A DNA stretch of 64,000 bases from Candidatus Levyibacteriota bacterium (GCA_030651475.1 JAUSEW010000002.1:83927-147926), one strand, 5' to 3'. Counted from the first letter of the stretch, positions 20,792-30,430 are shown. Numbers and translations are program-made. The notes: generated from the sequence alone by a model not told the origin.

Positions 20792-21580
20792 TTACGAAGA
20801 GAGGAGGAGGGTTTCCAGAGAAAAACGCTGGCTGACATTGGTATTTTTAACAGTTGTATATGTTTTTTGCGAAGTTTTTAAAACATTGAGTAGCCAAGCA
20901 GTATCTAAATCTTTGTTATTTTCGTTTTGAAGATTAATTTGTTTAAGCAAAACTTGCCTTGCGACAAAAGTTATTTTTTCCAGAAAACTATTTGCCTCTT
21001 CTCTGGTTTTGCCGTAAGTCTCGGCAATTTTAAGTTTGTCTCCTGCTTCGTATTTTGGCAAATTAGATAAAATATCTACAAAACGTTTTAACTCTTCTTC
21101 CGATAATTTCAAGTCTTCGTCTTTTAGCTCAATAAGCACGCATCTAGAAAGAACAGTTGGCAGAAATAATTCTTTGTTGGCACTAACTAATACTATAATA
21201 GTATTGTTTGGCGGTTCTTCCAGAACTTTCAAAAGCGAATTTTGCGCCTCTATTGTTGCGCGGTCAAGTATCGCAATTACCATTGCCTTTGTCTTGCTCT
21301 TGAAAGGTTTAAGATATAGTCTTTTTCGTAAAGCCCTTACGTCATCAATCCCTAAGGTTTTCTCAAAAGAGTTAATATCTATGTCCAGAACGTCAATCTC
21401 TTCTTTCTTGCAAATTTCCATGGCACGATCTATCCCCTTTTGCACATCCTTGGAAATAATTAGAAGCGTCTGCATATTTTGAAATGAATATATTGACCCC
21501 TCTGCAACGTTTATCCCGCTCGGCGGAAAGCGTGTATTCGGGGCCTTCGCAGTTCCGCCAAAGGCGGAACTGCTTGACAT
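20792..21580 (-). CDS. holB: DNA polymerase III delta-prime-like clamp-loader subunit, short form lacking the N-terminal Walker A region (true start probably the internal Met near 21475)
   Basis: LLKVLEEPPNNTIIVLVSANKELFLPTVLSRC is the sensor/SRC box of delta-prime and tau clamp-loader subunits. The N-terminal 35 codons of the ORF overlap a perfect palindrome and are probably not coding. Confidence 0.55.
   Translation of the reverse strand: MSSSSAFGGTAKAPNTRFPPSGINVAEGSIYSFQNMQTLLIISKDVQKGIDRAMEICKKEEIDVLDIDINSFEKTLGIDDVRALRKRLYLKPFKSKTKAMVIAILDRATIEAQNSLLKVLEEPPNNTIIVLVSANKELFLPTVLSRCVLIELKDEDLKLSEEELKRFVDILSNLPKYEAGDKLKIAETYGKTREEANSFLEKITFVARQVLLKQINLQNENNKDLDTAWLLNVLKTSQKTYTTVKNTNVSQRFSLETLLLSS
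21549..21573. repeat. perfect 11-bp-stem palindrome gcagttccgcc-aaa-ggcggaactgc in the holB/pilB divergent region
   Basis: Read from the sequence. No T-run follows on either strand. Confidence 0.8.
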
Positions 21581-21601
21581 TATAATTCATTTTTCCTTAT
21601 T

Positions 21602-23341
21602 ATGGAAGTAATGCCCAACGATGATTCTAAGTTTGTCACAGAGAATAAAACGCTTTTAGATGTTTTGCTTTCGGAACGTCTTATAACCCCGTCGCAATAC
21701 GAAGAAATAAAGGTAAAAAGCGCCAGTCAAGGATTATCTTTAGAGTCGGTGCTTGCGTCTTTAAATATAGTACCGGAAGAAAAAATAACAGAGGCCAAAG
21801 CGAAGCTTTTGGGTATTCCTTTTGTGACTTTGGAGGGAACATCATTTTCCCCTCAAGCTTTGGGCTTAATGCCAAGAGCCGTAGTTGAGCGCTTTTTTCT
21901 TGTGCCATTTTCTTACGACGAAAAAACGAAGACCCTTTCCATTGCGATGAGTAACCCGGTCGATTTGGAAGCAATTTCGTTCGTGCGCCAAAAAACAGGG
22001 CTTAATATAAAAGTTTTTGCGGCATCTTCAAAAGACGTAGAAAAAGCGATAAACGAGCAATATCGTCAGGAGCTGGTTGGAGAAGTTGGGGAAGCTTTAA
22101 AAGAAACGGAAAGTCTGCATAAAACTCAAACCATTGACAGCAAAAAAATAGCAGAAATTATCAAAGAAGCTCCGATTGCCAAAATCGTCTCGACAGTTTT
22201 GGAATATGCAGTTACCAGCCGCGCTTCCGATGTTCACATCGAACCTCAAGAAGATAGGGTTAGGGTTAGGTATAGAATCGATGGAATTCTTTATGACAGA
22301 TTGAGTCTTCCCAAAAATGTTCAGGAGGCAGTTGTGTCGCGGATTAAAATTTTGTCCGATATGAAAATAGACGAGCATCGTACTCCTCAAGACGGAAGGT
22401 TTAATTTCAAAGTTGCAGACAAAGAAGTAGATCTGCGTATTTCTGTTCTGCCAACAACCTTTGGAGAAAAAATCGTCATGAGGCTTCTTCGGAAATCCGG
22501 CGGAATACCTACTCTTCAAGAATTAGGCTTAATGGGAAGTTCTTTGAAGAATTTGGAAACTGCGATACTGCGGCCGCACGGAATTATTATTGTCTGCGGT
22601 CCAACCGGAAGCGGAAAAACAACCACTCTTTATTCTGTTTTGTCCAAGCTCAACACCACCAGAGTTAACATAGTGACACTTGAAGATCCCGTTGAATACC
22701 AAATGCCCGGAATTAACCAGGTGCAAATAAATCCGGGGGTAGGGCTTACTTTCGCAACCGGACTTAGAGCGTTTCTTCGCCAAGATCCCAATATTATACT
22801 GGTTGGAGAAATACGAGACTCGGAAACAACAGAACTGGCTATTCAGGCCGCGCTAACAGGACATTTAGTATTTTCAACTTTGCATACTTCAAACGCCAGC
22901 GGTGCTTTGCCTAGACTGATAGATTTAGGCGCCGAAAGGTTTTTGCTTTCCTCTACTCTGAACGCGGTTTTGGCGCAAAGAATAGTTAGGAAAATTTGCA
23001 CCAATTGCAAAGAAGAATATATTCCCCTGCCCCAAATAATTCAGGAAATTAAGAATGGGTTGGGCAATCTTTTTCCGGCAACAGGAGAAACTGTTAAGCT
23101 ATACAAAGGTAAGGGTTGTGATGAATGCGGAGGTTCGGGATACTTGGGAAGGATTGGTATTTTCGAAACGCTTCCTGTCTCGGAGAAAATGTCAACGCTT
23201 ATTTTGCAAAATGCCGATAGCAATTCCATAGAAAAAGAAGCGATTTCGGAGGGTATGATTGTTCTAAAACAAGATGGGTATCTCAAAGCTCTTCAGGGGA
23301 TAACCACAGTTGAAGAAGTGCTAAGGGTGGCGCAGGAATAG
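21602..23341 (+). CDS. pilB: type IV pilus assembly ATPase PilB (GspE family)
   Basis: N-terminal T2SSE_N domain, Walker A CGPTGSGKTTT, a His box, and the tetracysteine CTNC...CDEC motif. Confidence 0.9.
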   Translation: MEVMPNDDSKFVTENKTLLDVLLSERLITPSQYEEIKVKSASQGLSLESVLASLNIVPEEKITEAKAKLLGIPFVTLEGTSFSPQALGLMPRAVVERFFLVPFSYDEKTKTLSIAMSNPVDLEAISFVRQKTGLNIKVFAASSKDVEKAINEQYRQELVGEVGEALKETESLHKTQTIDSKKIAEIIKEAPIAKIVSTVLEYAVTSRASDVHIEPQEDRVRVRYRIDGILYDRLSLPKNVQEAVVSRIKILSDMKIDEHRTPQDGRFNFKVADKEVDLRISVLPTTFGEKIVMRLLRKSGGIPTLQELGLMGSSLKNLETAILRPHGIIIVCGPTGSGKTTTLYSVLSKLNTTRVNIVTLEDPVEYQMPGINQVQINPGVGLTFATGLRAFLRQDPNIILVGEIRDSETTELAIQAALTGHLVFSTLHTSNASGALPRLIDLGAERFLLSSTLNAVLAQRIVRKICTNCKEEYIPLPQIIQEIKNGLGNLFPATGETVKLYKGKGCDECGGSGYLGRIGIFETLPVSEKMSTLILQNADSNSIEKEAISEGMIVLKQDGYLKALQGITTVEEVLRVAQE

Positions 23342-23342
23342 T

Positions 23343-24410
23343 ATGGAAATACAAGAATTATTAAATTTAACAATTCAAAATAAAGCATCGGATCTGCATT
23401 TGCTGGCAGGTATTGTTCCGACAATACGTGTTGACGGCTCATTGGTATTCTTGCCGAATTACCCGGCAGTAACCAAAGAAGATGCGGAGCGAATGATATT
23501 TTCCATACTTACGCCATCCCAAAAAGAACTTTTGCTGGCGAATAAGGAATTGGACTTTTCCTTTGGATTCGGCGGAGGGACTTATGGCAATTTAGGCAGA
23601 TTTAGGGTTAATTTGTATTTTCAAAGAGGAATTCTTAGCGGGGCATTTCGTTTTCTGGAACCAAACATCAAGACAATTGATGATCTTCATTTGCCAAAAA
23701 TCGCTCACAATTTTGCTGCACTCAAGCAAGGATTTATTCTGGTTACAGGTCCGACAGGTCAGGGGAAATCAACAACTTTGGCGGCAATTATCAACGAAAT
23801 AAATGCCAATAAAGCAAACCATATTCTGACGATAGAAGATCCGATAGAATATATCTATCCAAGCGGAAAAAGCATTATTTCCCAACGTGAGATGGGTTCC
23901 GATACCCACTCCTGGGGAATGGCTCTAAAATCCGCGTTAAGAGAAGATCCGGATGTGGTTTTGGTCGGAGAAATGAGAGATCCCGAAACTATCTCATCCG
24001 CGATTACGGTGGCGGAAACAGGACACTTGGTGTTTTCAACTTTGCATACAAATTCTGCTTCCCAAACAATAGACAGAATTATTGATTCTTTTCCTTCCAG
24101 TCAGCAAACTCAAATAAAAATTCAGCTGGCATCAACCCTTAAAGGCATTATCTCCCAGCGTTTAGTCCCCATGATAAATGGCGGAAGAGTGCCTGCGGTT
24201 GAAATACTGATCGGTACTCCTGCGGTTGCCAACAATATCAGGGAAGGAAAAACACATTTGATTGATTCGATAATACAAACGTCTTCGGATGAAGGAATGA
24301 TTACTTTGGAGTCTTCGCTGGCTTCTCTAGTTCTGGCAGGCAGCATCAGCCTTGAGACCGCAAAGGAATATGCTCTGCATCAAGACGATCTTTTGCGTCT
24401 TGTTGGTTAA
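23343..24410 (+). CDS. pilT: type IV pilus retraction ATPase PilT
   Basis: GPTGQGKSTT Walker A, HLVFSTLHT motif, ~355 aa. Confidence 0.9.
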   Translation: MEIQELLNLTIQNKASDLHLLAGIVPTIRVDGSLVFLPNYPAVTKEDAERMIFSILTPSQKELLLANKELDFSFGFGGGTYGNLGRFRVNLYFQRGILSGAFRFLEPNIKTIDDLHLPKIAHNFAALKQGFILVTGPTGQGKSTTLAAIINEINANKANHILTIEDPIEYIYPSGKSIISQREMGSDTHSWGMALKSALREDPDVVLVGEMRDPETISSAITVAETGHLVFSTLHTNSASQTIDRIIDSFPSSQQTQIKIQLASTLKGIISQRLVPMINGGRVPAVEILIGTPAVANNIREGKTHLIDSIIQTSSDEGMITLESSLASLVLAGSISLETAKEYALHQDDLLRLVG

Positions 24411-24413
24411 CTT

Positions 24414-25622
24414 ATGAGATTATTGTATCAAGCTGTAACTAGAGAAGGGAAAAAAGTCAGAGGAGTAATTAATGCCAACGATACTAATGAGGCGACAGCC
24501 TATCTTCGCAGCAAGAATTTCATCCCGATAAGCATTTCCAAGGAAAGCAAAAGTAAATTTTTAGACGCTCTTCCCATGTTTTCCCAAAAAATTACCGCTT
24601 CGGATTTAGTGATTTTTACCAGACAATTATCTTCAATGCTGACAGCAGGGCTTACTCTGATTAAATCTTTGGAAATTCTTAAGGAGCAGTTGGAGAAAGA
24701 GGCGATGATAGAAATTGTCGATAATATAATTACCGATATAGAGGAAGGGTCAACTTTTTCCTCTGCAATTGCCAAATATCCGCAGGTTTTTTCATCGATA
24801 TACGTTTCTCTTATAAAAGCGTCCGAAACATCCGGACTTTTGGATAGATCCCTTTTGAGGCTTGCCGATAATTTGGAAAAACAGCAAAAATTAAAAGGGA
24901 CCATCAGATCCGCTCTGATGTACCCAATTATAGTTATAATTTTGATGGTTGTGGTAGTTGCGATTATGATGGTTTTTGTTATTCCCCAGCTGTCTGTCTT
25001 GTATAATGATCTGAATATTCCTTTGCCTTTGCCTACGCAAATAATCGTGAGTCTTTCCAACTTCGTTATAATTTTCTGGCCTGTTATATTGGCAGCAATA
25101 GTATTGAGCGTATTTTTTTACAAGCGTTGGCACAAAACAGAAAACGGACAGCTGATTATTGATAATTTGCTTCTCAAACTTCCGGTTTTTGGTGTTCTTA
25201 TCAGGAAAACAATTCTTGTGGAATTTTCAAGAACTTTGGGGTTAATGATAGGAACAGGAAGCTTGGTTGTGGAGTCTTTGATAAAAACATCAGACATAAG
25301 CGGAAATATTCATTATAAAAATGCGATTTTGGATGTTGCCAGGAGAGTGGAAAAAGGAGTAACTGTCGGAGATGCAATGGCAGCTTATACTTTATTCCCG
25401 CCGGTTCTTGTTCAGCTGGTGAAAATCGGGGAACAGACAGGAAAGCTTGATGAAACTCTGATTAGAGCGTCTGAATATTTTGAAGGGGAAGTAAATGAGA
25501 CTGTTAAAGCCTTAACAACCGCGCTTGAGCCATTCATTATGGTAGTTTTGGGAATCGGCGTTGCCTTTTTAATTATTTCCGTCATAACACCAATTTACAG
25601 CTTAACCTCGTCTATTCAATGA
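24414..25622 (+). CDS. pilC: type IV pilus platform protein PilC (GspF family)
   Basis: 402 aa with two GspF repeats and three TM segments. Confidence 0.9.
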   Translation: MRLLYQAVTREGKKVRGVINANDTNEATAYLRSKNFIPISISKESKSKFLDALPMFSQKITASDLVIFTRQLSSMLTAGLTLIKSLEILKEQLEKEAMIEIVDNIITDIEEGSTFSSAIAKYPQVFSSIYVSLIKASETSGLLDRSLLRLADNLEKQQKLKGTIRSALMYPIIVIILMVVVVAIMMVFVIPQLSVLYNDLNIPLPLPTQIIVSLSNFVIIFWPVILAAIVLSVFFYKRWHKTENGQLIIDNLLLKLPVFGVLIRKTILVEFSRTLGLMIGTGSLVVESLIKTSDISGNIHYKNAILDVARRVEKGVTVGDAMAAYTLFPPVLVQLVKIGEQTGKLDETLIRASEYFEGEVNETVKALTTALEPFIMVVLGIGVAFLIISVITPIYSLTSSIQ

Positions 25623-25689
25623 TTGCTATTCTACTTTGCCCCCTTGACAAGGAAAATATAATGTGTTCTACTAAATATATAGGCAAATA

Positions 25690-26286
25690 ATGAAAAGAAT
25701 TTATAACAAGCTTTTTTCTTTCGGTTCTAAGGGTTTTACTCTAATTGAGCTACTTGTGGTTATAGGTATCCTAGGCATTCTTGCTTCAGCTCTTATCGCT
25801 ACCATTGACCCCTTCGAACAGCTCAAGAAAGCAACAGATGCAAAAATAAAAAATATTACCGTAGAGTTCCAGACAGCGTTGGTAAGGTATTACACAACAC
25901 ATGGTAAATTCCCTTGGAATGATCAAGCTAGCATAGATAACAATACTAATCCGGCTTGTACGGCGCTTAGTTCAGCTGTGATATCAGGTCAAAAACTTAA
26001 CGTTGCAGCAGTAAAATCATGTATTGATAATGCAGGTGGTGCAAGCTTGATTGCAGAGGGAGAGCTAAAAAGTTCATTCACGTCTAGCGTAGATGATCTT
26101 GGCCAAGTGTATCTCACTTGGGATCCGGCCAATGCCACAAATGCAGTTATTTGCTTCAGTCCAACATCAAAATCTCAAAAAGGCGCTCCGGATACGAAAT
26201 GGACAGATGCACAGGGAGCCACAACCGGAGCAACTTGTCCAAGTTCAACAGCAGCAGACAATGTATGTTTCTGGTGCACACAGTAA
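25690..26286 (+). CDS. type IV (major) pilin, PilA-like
   Basis: Class III signal peptide KGFTLIELLVVIGILGILAS with Glu+5, and C-terminal Cys pairs. Confidence 0.8.
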   Translation: MKRIYNKLFSFGSKGFTLIELLVVIGILGILASALIATIDPFEQLKKATDAKIKNITVEFQTALVRYYTTHGKFPWNDQASIDNNTNPACTALSSAVISGQKLNVAAVKSCIDNAGGASLIAEGELKSSFTSSVDDLGQVYLTWDPANATNAVICFSPTSKSQKGAPDTKWTDAQGATTGATCPSSTAADNVCFWCTQ

Positions 26287-26347
26287 ACTTCATATATCCT
26301 CTTAAATAAATAATTTGCTATACTAAATTAAACTTTGATTTTATTGG

Positions 26348-27136
26348 ATGAATAGCTTATTCGCTTTTTATATTTTTGTCATCGGTTTATTTATCGGGTC
26401 GTTTTTAAATGTCTTAATCGATAGGATTCCCAAAAGAAATTTATTCCGAAAGAAAAGGTCGTATTGCGACTCGTGCAAGAAAACTCTCAAATGGTATGAT
26501 TTAATTCCTGTTTTTTCATTTATTTTTTTGCAAGGAAAATGCCGTTATTGCCGCTTCCCTATTTCACTTTATTACCCTATCGTTGAGTTGATTACGGCGT
26601 CTTTATTTGTACTGACGTTTAATTTTATTTCTTCAGGCGGAATAATGAATCAAGAATTAAGAATCATGGACGCAATAGGACTAGTATATTACCTATTTAT
26701 AATTTCTTCTTTCATCGTTGTTTTTTTTACAGACTTAAAATATGGAATTATTCCGGATAAAGTTTTATTGGCCGCAATTTCGCTTTCTATTTTTTACTTA
26801 TTCTTTATTCACAATTCATTATTCATGATTCATCTTTTGTCTGGCGTTGGAGCGTTTTTATTATTCTTACTGTTGCACTTAATTACCAGAGGTAAAGGGA
26901 TGGGATTTGGAGATGTAAAGCTTGTTTTCTTGATTGGTCTTTTTTTGGGCATTCTTAATGCAATTCTAGCTTTATACTTAGCATTCTTGACAGGGGCTGT
27001 GGTTGGGCTCATACTAATTTTATGGGGAAAAAGAAAGTTTTTTGGGGGGAAAATTCCCTTCGGTCCGTTTTTGGTTTTGGGAACATTTATAAGTTTATTT
27101 TTGGGAGAAAAAATAATCAAGGTTTTACTCTGGTAG
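26348..27136 (+). CDS. pilD: prepilin peptidase / N-methyltransferase PilD (A24 family)
   Basis: N-terminal CDSC...CRYC zinc-binding tetracysteine and a GMGFGDVKL catalytic-Asp region. Polytopic. Confidence 0.85.
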   Translation: MNSLFAFYIFVIGLFIGSFLNVLIDRIPKRNLFRKKRSYCDSCKKTLKWYDLIPVFSFIFLQGKCRYCRFPISLYYPIVELITASLFVLTFNFISSGGIMNQELRIMDAIGLVYYLFIISSFIVVFFTDLKYGIIPDKVLLAAISLSIFYLFFIHNSLFMIHLLSGVGAFLLFLLLHLITRGKGMGFGDVKLVFLIGLFLGILNAILALYLAFLTGAVVGLILILWGKRKFFGGKIPFGPFLVLGTFISLFLGEKIIKVLLW

Positions 27137-27891
27137 AGCTTGTTGTTGTGCTGGTAATTTTGGCAGTTCTTGGAGGCATAAGCCTAACCCTACTTAATCC
27201 TAAGAAATATATTGATCAGGCAAAGGATGCGAAAAGAGCTCATGATTTAACTCAAATTCAGAGCGCGCTGGATACGTATTATAATGATTACAATTATTAT
27301 CCTACGTTATTAAGTCAATTAAACAACGATCCGACTAAAATTTATATGAAAGATATTCCTACGGATCCGGATACAGGTTTTTTTTATCCTTATGAAATTA
27401 ATGTTGATGAAACTCTTCCGCAATGGAACATACTATTTGCAAAAGTTTCTACGAAGTCAAACATGCGGTCGGCTTGTCCGTTAGATCAGTTTTCTGACTC
27501 CGGTTGCATACCACCAAACTATGACTCTTCATATATCTGTGTTTTATCAGGGAAAATTGATTGCGATTATGTTAAAGCCGCAATAGTTCTGCCGCCCATA
27601 GTTCCAACTGGCGCTCCAACTTCAATACCAACGCTTAATCCTACGCCCACTACTCCTTTTGGCGGTCCGACAAATACTCCGACTCCGACCGGATTCTTAA
27701 CGCCAACTCCAACAGGCACACTTAACCCAACTCCAACGTCTATTTTTACTCCAACGCCCACATTTCCTCCGCCTCCCACACCTACTCCTACCCCTTGTTC
27801 TAAGGATTGGGCTTGTAGGCCAGGATGCAATAATGTGCCAGCGAATACCGGAGATTTTTGCTCACCGACTTGTAATGGAGCTTGCCAATGA
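27022..27891 (+). CDS. pilin-like protein with a Pro/Thr-rich linker and a Cys-rich C-terminal knot (start uncertain; ORF overlaps the pilD 3' end by 115 nt)
   Basis: GFTLVELVVVLVILAVL prepilin motif at codon 34, then a (PTxT)n linker PTPTTPFGGPTNTPTPTGFLTPTPTGTLNPTPT...PPPPTPTPTPC, then CSKDWACRPGCNNVPANTGDFCSPTCNGAC. Confidence 0.6.
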   Translation: MGKKKVFWGENSLRSVFGFGNIYKFIFGRKNNQGFTLVELVVVLVILAVLGGISLTLLNPKKYIDQAKDAKRAHDLTQIQSALDTYYNDYNYYPTLLSQLNNDPTKIYMKDIPTDPDTGFFYPYEINVDETLPQWNILFAKVSTKSNMRSACPLDQFSDSGCIPPNYDSSYICVLSGKIDCDYVKAAIVLPPIVPTGAPTSIPTLNPTPTTPFGGPTNTPTPTGFLTPTPTGTLNPTPTSIFTPTPTFPPPPTPTPTPCSKDWACRPGCNNVPANTGDFCSPTCNGACQ

Positions 27892-28424
27892 GAACAAAAA
27901 AAGGTTTTACTCTTATAGAGCTGATTGTTGTTATAGGTATTTTGGCTGTGTTGGCAAGTGCTTTGATAGCTATCTTTAATCCGTTTACGCAGTTTCAGAA
28001 AGCCAACGATGCCAAAAGGAAATCCGATCTTTCTCAAATCCAAAAAAGCCTGGAAGTTTATTATCAGGATAATGGCAGATATCCTTCGAATACAGCAAAT
28101 TACGGAAGTGGCATAGCCGATTATCAGATTATTAGCCAGGATGCAAACGATCCTGTAAAAGAATGGGGTACTTCTTGGCAGCCATATATAAATATTTTAC
28201 CCAAAGATCCAAATAGTGCAAAACGATATGTATACTATGTTTCGCCTGCAAGCAATGGACAAGGTTATTATTTGTATGCTAGTCTGGATAGAGCAGGCAA
28301 AGATCCGCAGGCATGCAATACTTCAGGAACGGATTGCGTAAATGTCCCGGCTCCTATGTCTTGCGGATATAACAATGACTATAATTGCAATTATGGAATA
28401 TCAAGTCCGAATTTAAGCCCATGA
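27882..28424 (+). CDS. type IV pilin-like protein
   Basis: MPMRTKK|GFTLIELIVVIGILAVLAS class III signal. Confidence 0.7.
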   Translation: MPMRTKKGFTLIELIVVIGILAVLASALIAIFNPFTQFQKANDAKRKSDLSQIQKSLEVYYQDNGRYPSNTANYGSGIADYQIISQDANDPVKEWGTSWQPYINILPKDPNSAKRYVYYVSPASNGQGYYLYASLDRAGKDPQACNTSGTDCVNVPAPMSCGYNNDYNCNYGISSPNLSP

Positions 28425-28894
28425 CAACAATTTTAAATTTCAAATTTCAAATTTCAAATTCGAAGAGGGGGTTTACTTTGATAGAACTCTTGATTGTAGT
28501 TTCTATTATCGGAGTATTGGCAACTTTGCTGATGACAAATTTTATAGGCATCAGACAGCGTGCAAGGGACGCCCAACGCAAAGGAGATCTCAAGCAGATT
28601 CAATCATCGCTTGAGCTTTACAGAGCAGATCAAGGAAGTTATCCCGCATCTCCTTTAGCAGCATGTGGAGTATCGAAACTTGAGGGAGGGAATCCCCCGG
28701 TTACATATATGCAAAAAATTCCATGCGATCCATTAAATGTCGCACCATATGCATATACCTATCTTTTAAACGGCGATGGTACATATAGCATACATTCATG
28801 TTTAGAAAACGTAAGTGATTCACAGAAAGACGCAGTAAATAGTAGCCCTTGTGATGGAACAAATAATTGGTCTTTTACAGTTCAAAATCCATGA
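28421..28894 (+). CDS. type IV pilin-like protein with an (AATTTCA)n tract in its leader (alternative start 28385)
   Basis: MTTILNFKFQISNSKR|GFTLIELLIVVSIIGVLAT. The leader is encoded by the heptanucleotide repeat. Confidence 0.65.
   Translation: MTTILNFKFQISNSKRGFTLIELLIVVSIIGVLATLLMTNFIGIRQRARDAQRKGDLKQIQSSLELYRADQGSYPASPLAACGVSKLEGGNPPVTYMQKIPCDPLNVAPYAYTYLLNGDGTYSIHSCLENVSDSQKDAVNSSPCDGTNNWSFTVQNP
28436..28463. repeat. heptanucleotide tandem repeat (AATTTCA)x3 plus a degenerate unit, between the pilin ATG and the prepilin cleavage site
   Basis: Read from the sequence. Shares an identical 26-mer with 2395-2429. Confidence 0.9.
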
Positions 28895-29382
28895 AAAATT
28901 ATGGTTTTACTCTTATTGAGCTTATCGTTGCGTTTTCCGTAATAGCTTTATTGTCAACAGTTGGAATAGCATCTTTCGTAAGCTACAGCCGTAATCAAGC
29001 TCTTGTCGTAAGCGCTAAAGATTTGGTAAATACTCTTAATCTTGCGAAATCCCGCAGTCTGTCTCAAGTTCTGGAGCCTTCGCAGTGTTCAGGACAGAGT
29101 CTTATCGGTTACGAAGTCAGATTGTGCGGTCTTCTAACATCAAGCTGTCCTCCGCTAGCAGACTATAGTTACGAACTAAACGTAGTATGCTCGGGAATTA
29201 TCGTTCCGCCGATAGAAACAAAAAAGTTACCACCCGGTGTTAGTTTTGATAATGCAACTCAAACTACATCGTTTCTCTTCCCAATTCTAACAGGCGGAGT
29301 GAAGGGCAGCGGGGCAATTGTTTTATCGGGATATGGACAAACAAAAACAGTCACAGTTAGTAATTCCGGTGTTATCCAATGA
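28891..29382 (+). CDS. minor pilin / pseudopilin
   Basis: MKNY|GFTLIELIVAFSVIALLST. Confidence 0.6.
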   Translation: MKNYGFTLIELIVAFSVIALLSTVGIASFVSYSRNQALVVSAKDLVNTLNLAKSRSLSQVLEPSQCSGQSLIGYEVRLCGLLTSSCPPLADYSYELNVVCSGIIVPPIETKKLPPGVSFDNATQTTSFLFPILTGGVKGSGAIVLSGYGQTKTVTVSNSGVIQ

Positions 29383-29870
29383 AAATAAAAAAGCTACTTT
29401 TCAACAGGTACGAACGCGGGCAGACTTTAATTGAAGTTTTAGTTGCTTTGGGCGCGGCAGTGGCAGTTCTTTTTGGCATAACAGTTGCGGTTATCTCCTC
29501 GCTTAATAATGCGCAGTTTACTCAAAATCAAAATCTAGCTAATAAATATGCTTCGCAGGGAATGGAAATCGTAAGACAGCTTAGGGATTCCAGCTCTTCC
29601 GGTCTTTCCCAGTATTCAAATACTTACTATTGTTTGGGTCAGGATGGAGAATTAAAGGCGAAAGGCTTGGGGTGCGGACAAAACGTGGGAGTTTTTGTAC
29701 GGGAAGTTAATTTGGATCAAAATTCTTCTTCATGCGGCGAAACCGGTGTTTTGTCAACAGTATTAGTTTCATGGTCAGATAGTGCTTGCGCAAACATTTC
29801 CAATCCCTATTGTCACCAAGTGAAATTAATTTCCTGTTTTTCTAATCCTGCTACAATATCAGCACCATGA
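29379..29870 (+). CDS. pseudopilin (GspI/PilV-like)
   Basis: ERGQTLIEVLVALGAAVAVL N-terminal hydrophobic helix with Glu+5. Confidence 0.55.
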   Translation: MKIKKLLFNRYERGQTLIEVLVALGAAVAVLFGITVAVISSLNNAQFTQNQNLANKYASQGMEIVRQLRDSSSSGLSQYSNTYYCLGQDGELKAKGLGCGQNVGVFVREVNLDQNSSSCGETGVLSTVLVSWSDSACANISNPYCHQVKLISCFSNPATISAP

Positions 29871-30430
29871 GAAAAAATAATAGGGGTTTTACTCTCGTAG
29901 AGCTTTTGGCTGTTTCTGCGGTTATGGTTGTAGTTAGCGTCATAGTAACGGCTACGATAACGTCTTCTCTTCGCGGAACTACCAAGACGAATACGATTAA
30001 TGATGTCAGGCAAAACGGCAATTATGCAATTGCTCAAGTTTCAAAAATGATTGAATACGCCAAAAGTTTTGGCGGAGTTAGCAATGATTATAATGGACCT
30101 TTCGATTCAAACTGTACTAACTTAACGCCTCCCTTAACTCCAACACCTACGCCCTCACAGTTTAGCTATATTAAGATAACAGGATTTGACAATGGACAAA
30201 CAATTTTTGGCTGTTCTTCGACAATTGCGTCCAATAGCGCATCTTTGATAGACACTAATTTAGTTTCCGTAGATTCATGCTCATTTACATGCGAGCGCGC
30301 AAGGATTACTGATTCTCCAATCATTGGAATAAACTTTTCTCTTAGCAAGAAAACAACCAGTAGTTTATTCGAGAACAAGGCTTTCGTCCCATTTAAAACC
30401 TCGGTTAAAATGAGAAATTTAAGTAATTAA
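29867..30430 (+). CDS. minor pilin
   Basis: MRKNNR|GFTLVELLAVSAVMVVVS. Confidence 0.6.
   Translation: MRKNNRGFTLVELLAVSAVMVVVSVIVTATITSSLRGTTKTNTINDVRQNGNYAIAQVSKMIEYAKSFGGVSNDYNGPFDSNCTNLTPPLTPTPTPSQFSYIKITGFDNGQTIFGCSSTIASNSASLIDTNLVSVDSCSFTCERARITDSPIIGINFSLSKKTTSSLFENKAFVPFKTSVKMRNLSN

Noticed and set aside
26093-26309. Small + strand ORFs overlapping the 3' end of pilA
   Set aside because: They are alternate-frame artefacts within pilA and encode Gln-rich low-complexity peptides.
27590-27800. Periodic ccaac(t/g)cc DNA in the pilin gene as a tandem-repeat or CRISPR-like array
   Set aside because: It is the coding sequence of a Pro-Thr low-complexity linker (PTPT...). Units are imperfect, with no conserved repeat-spacer structure. 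No cas genes are present.
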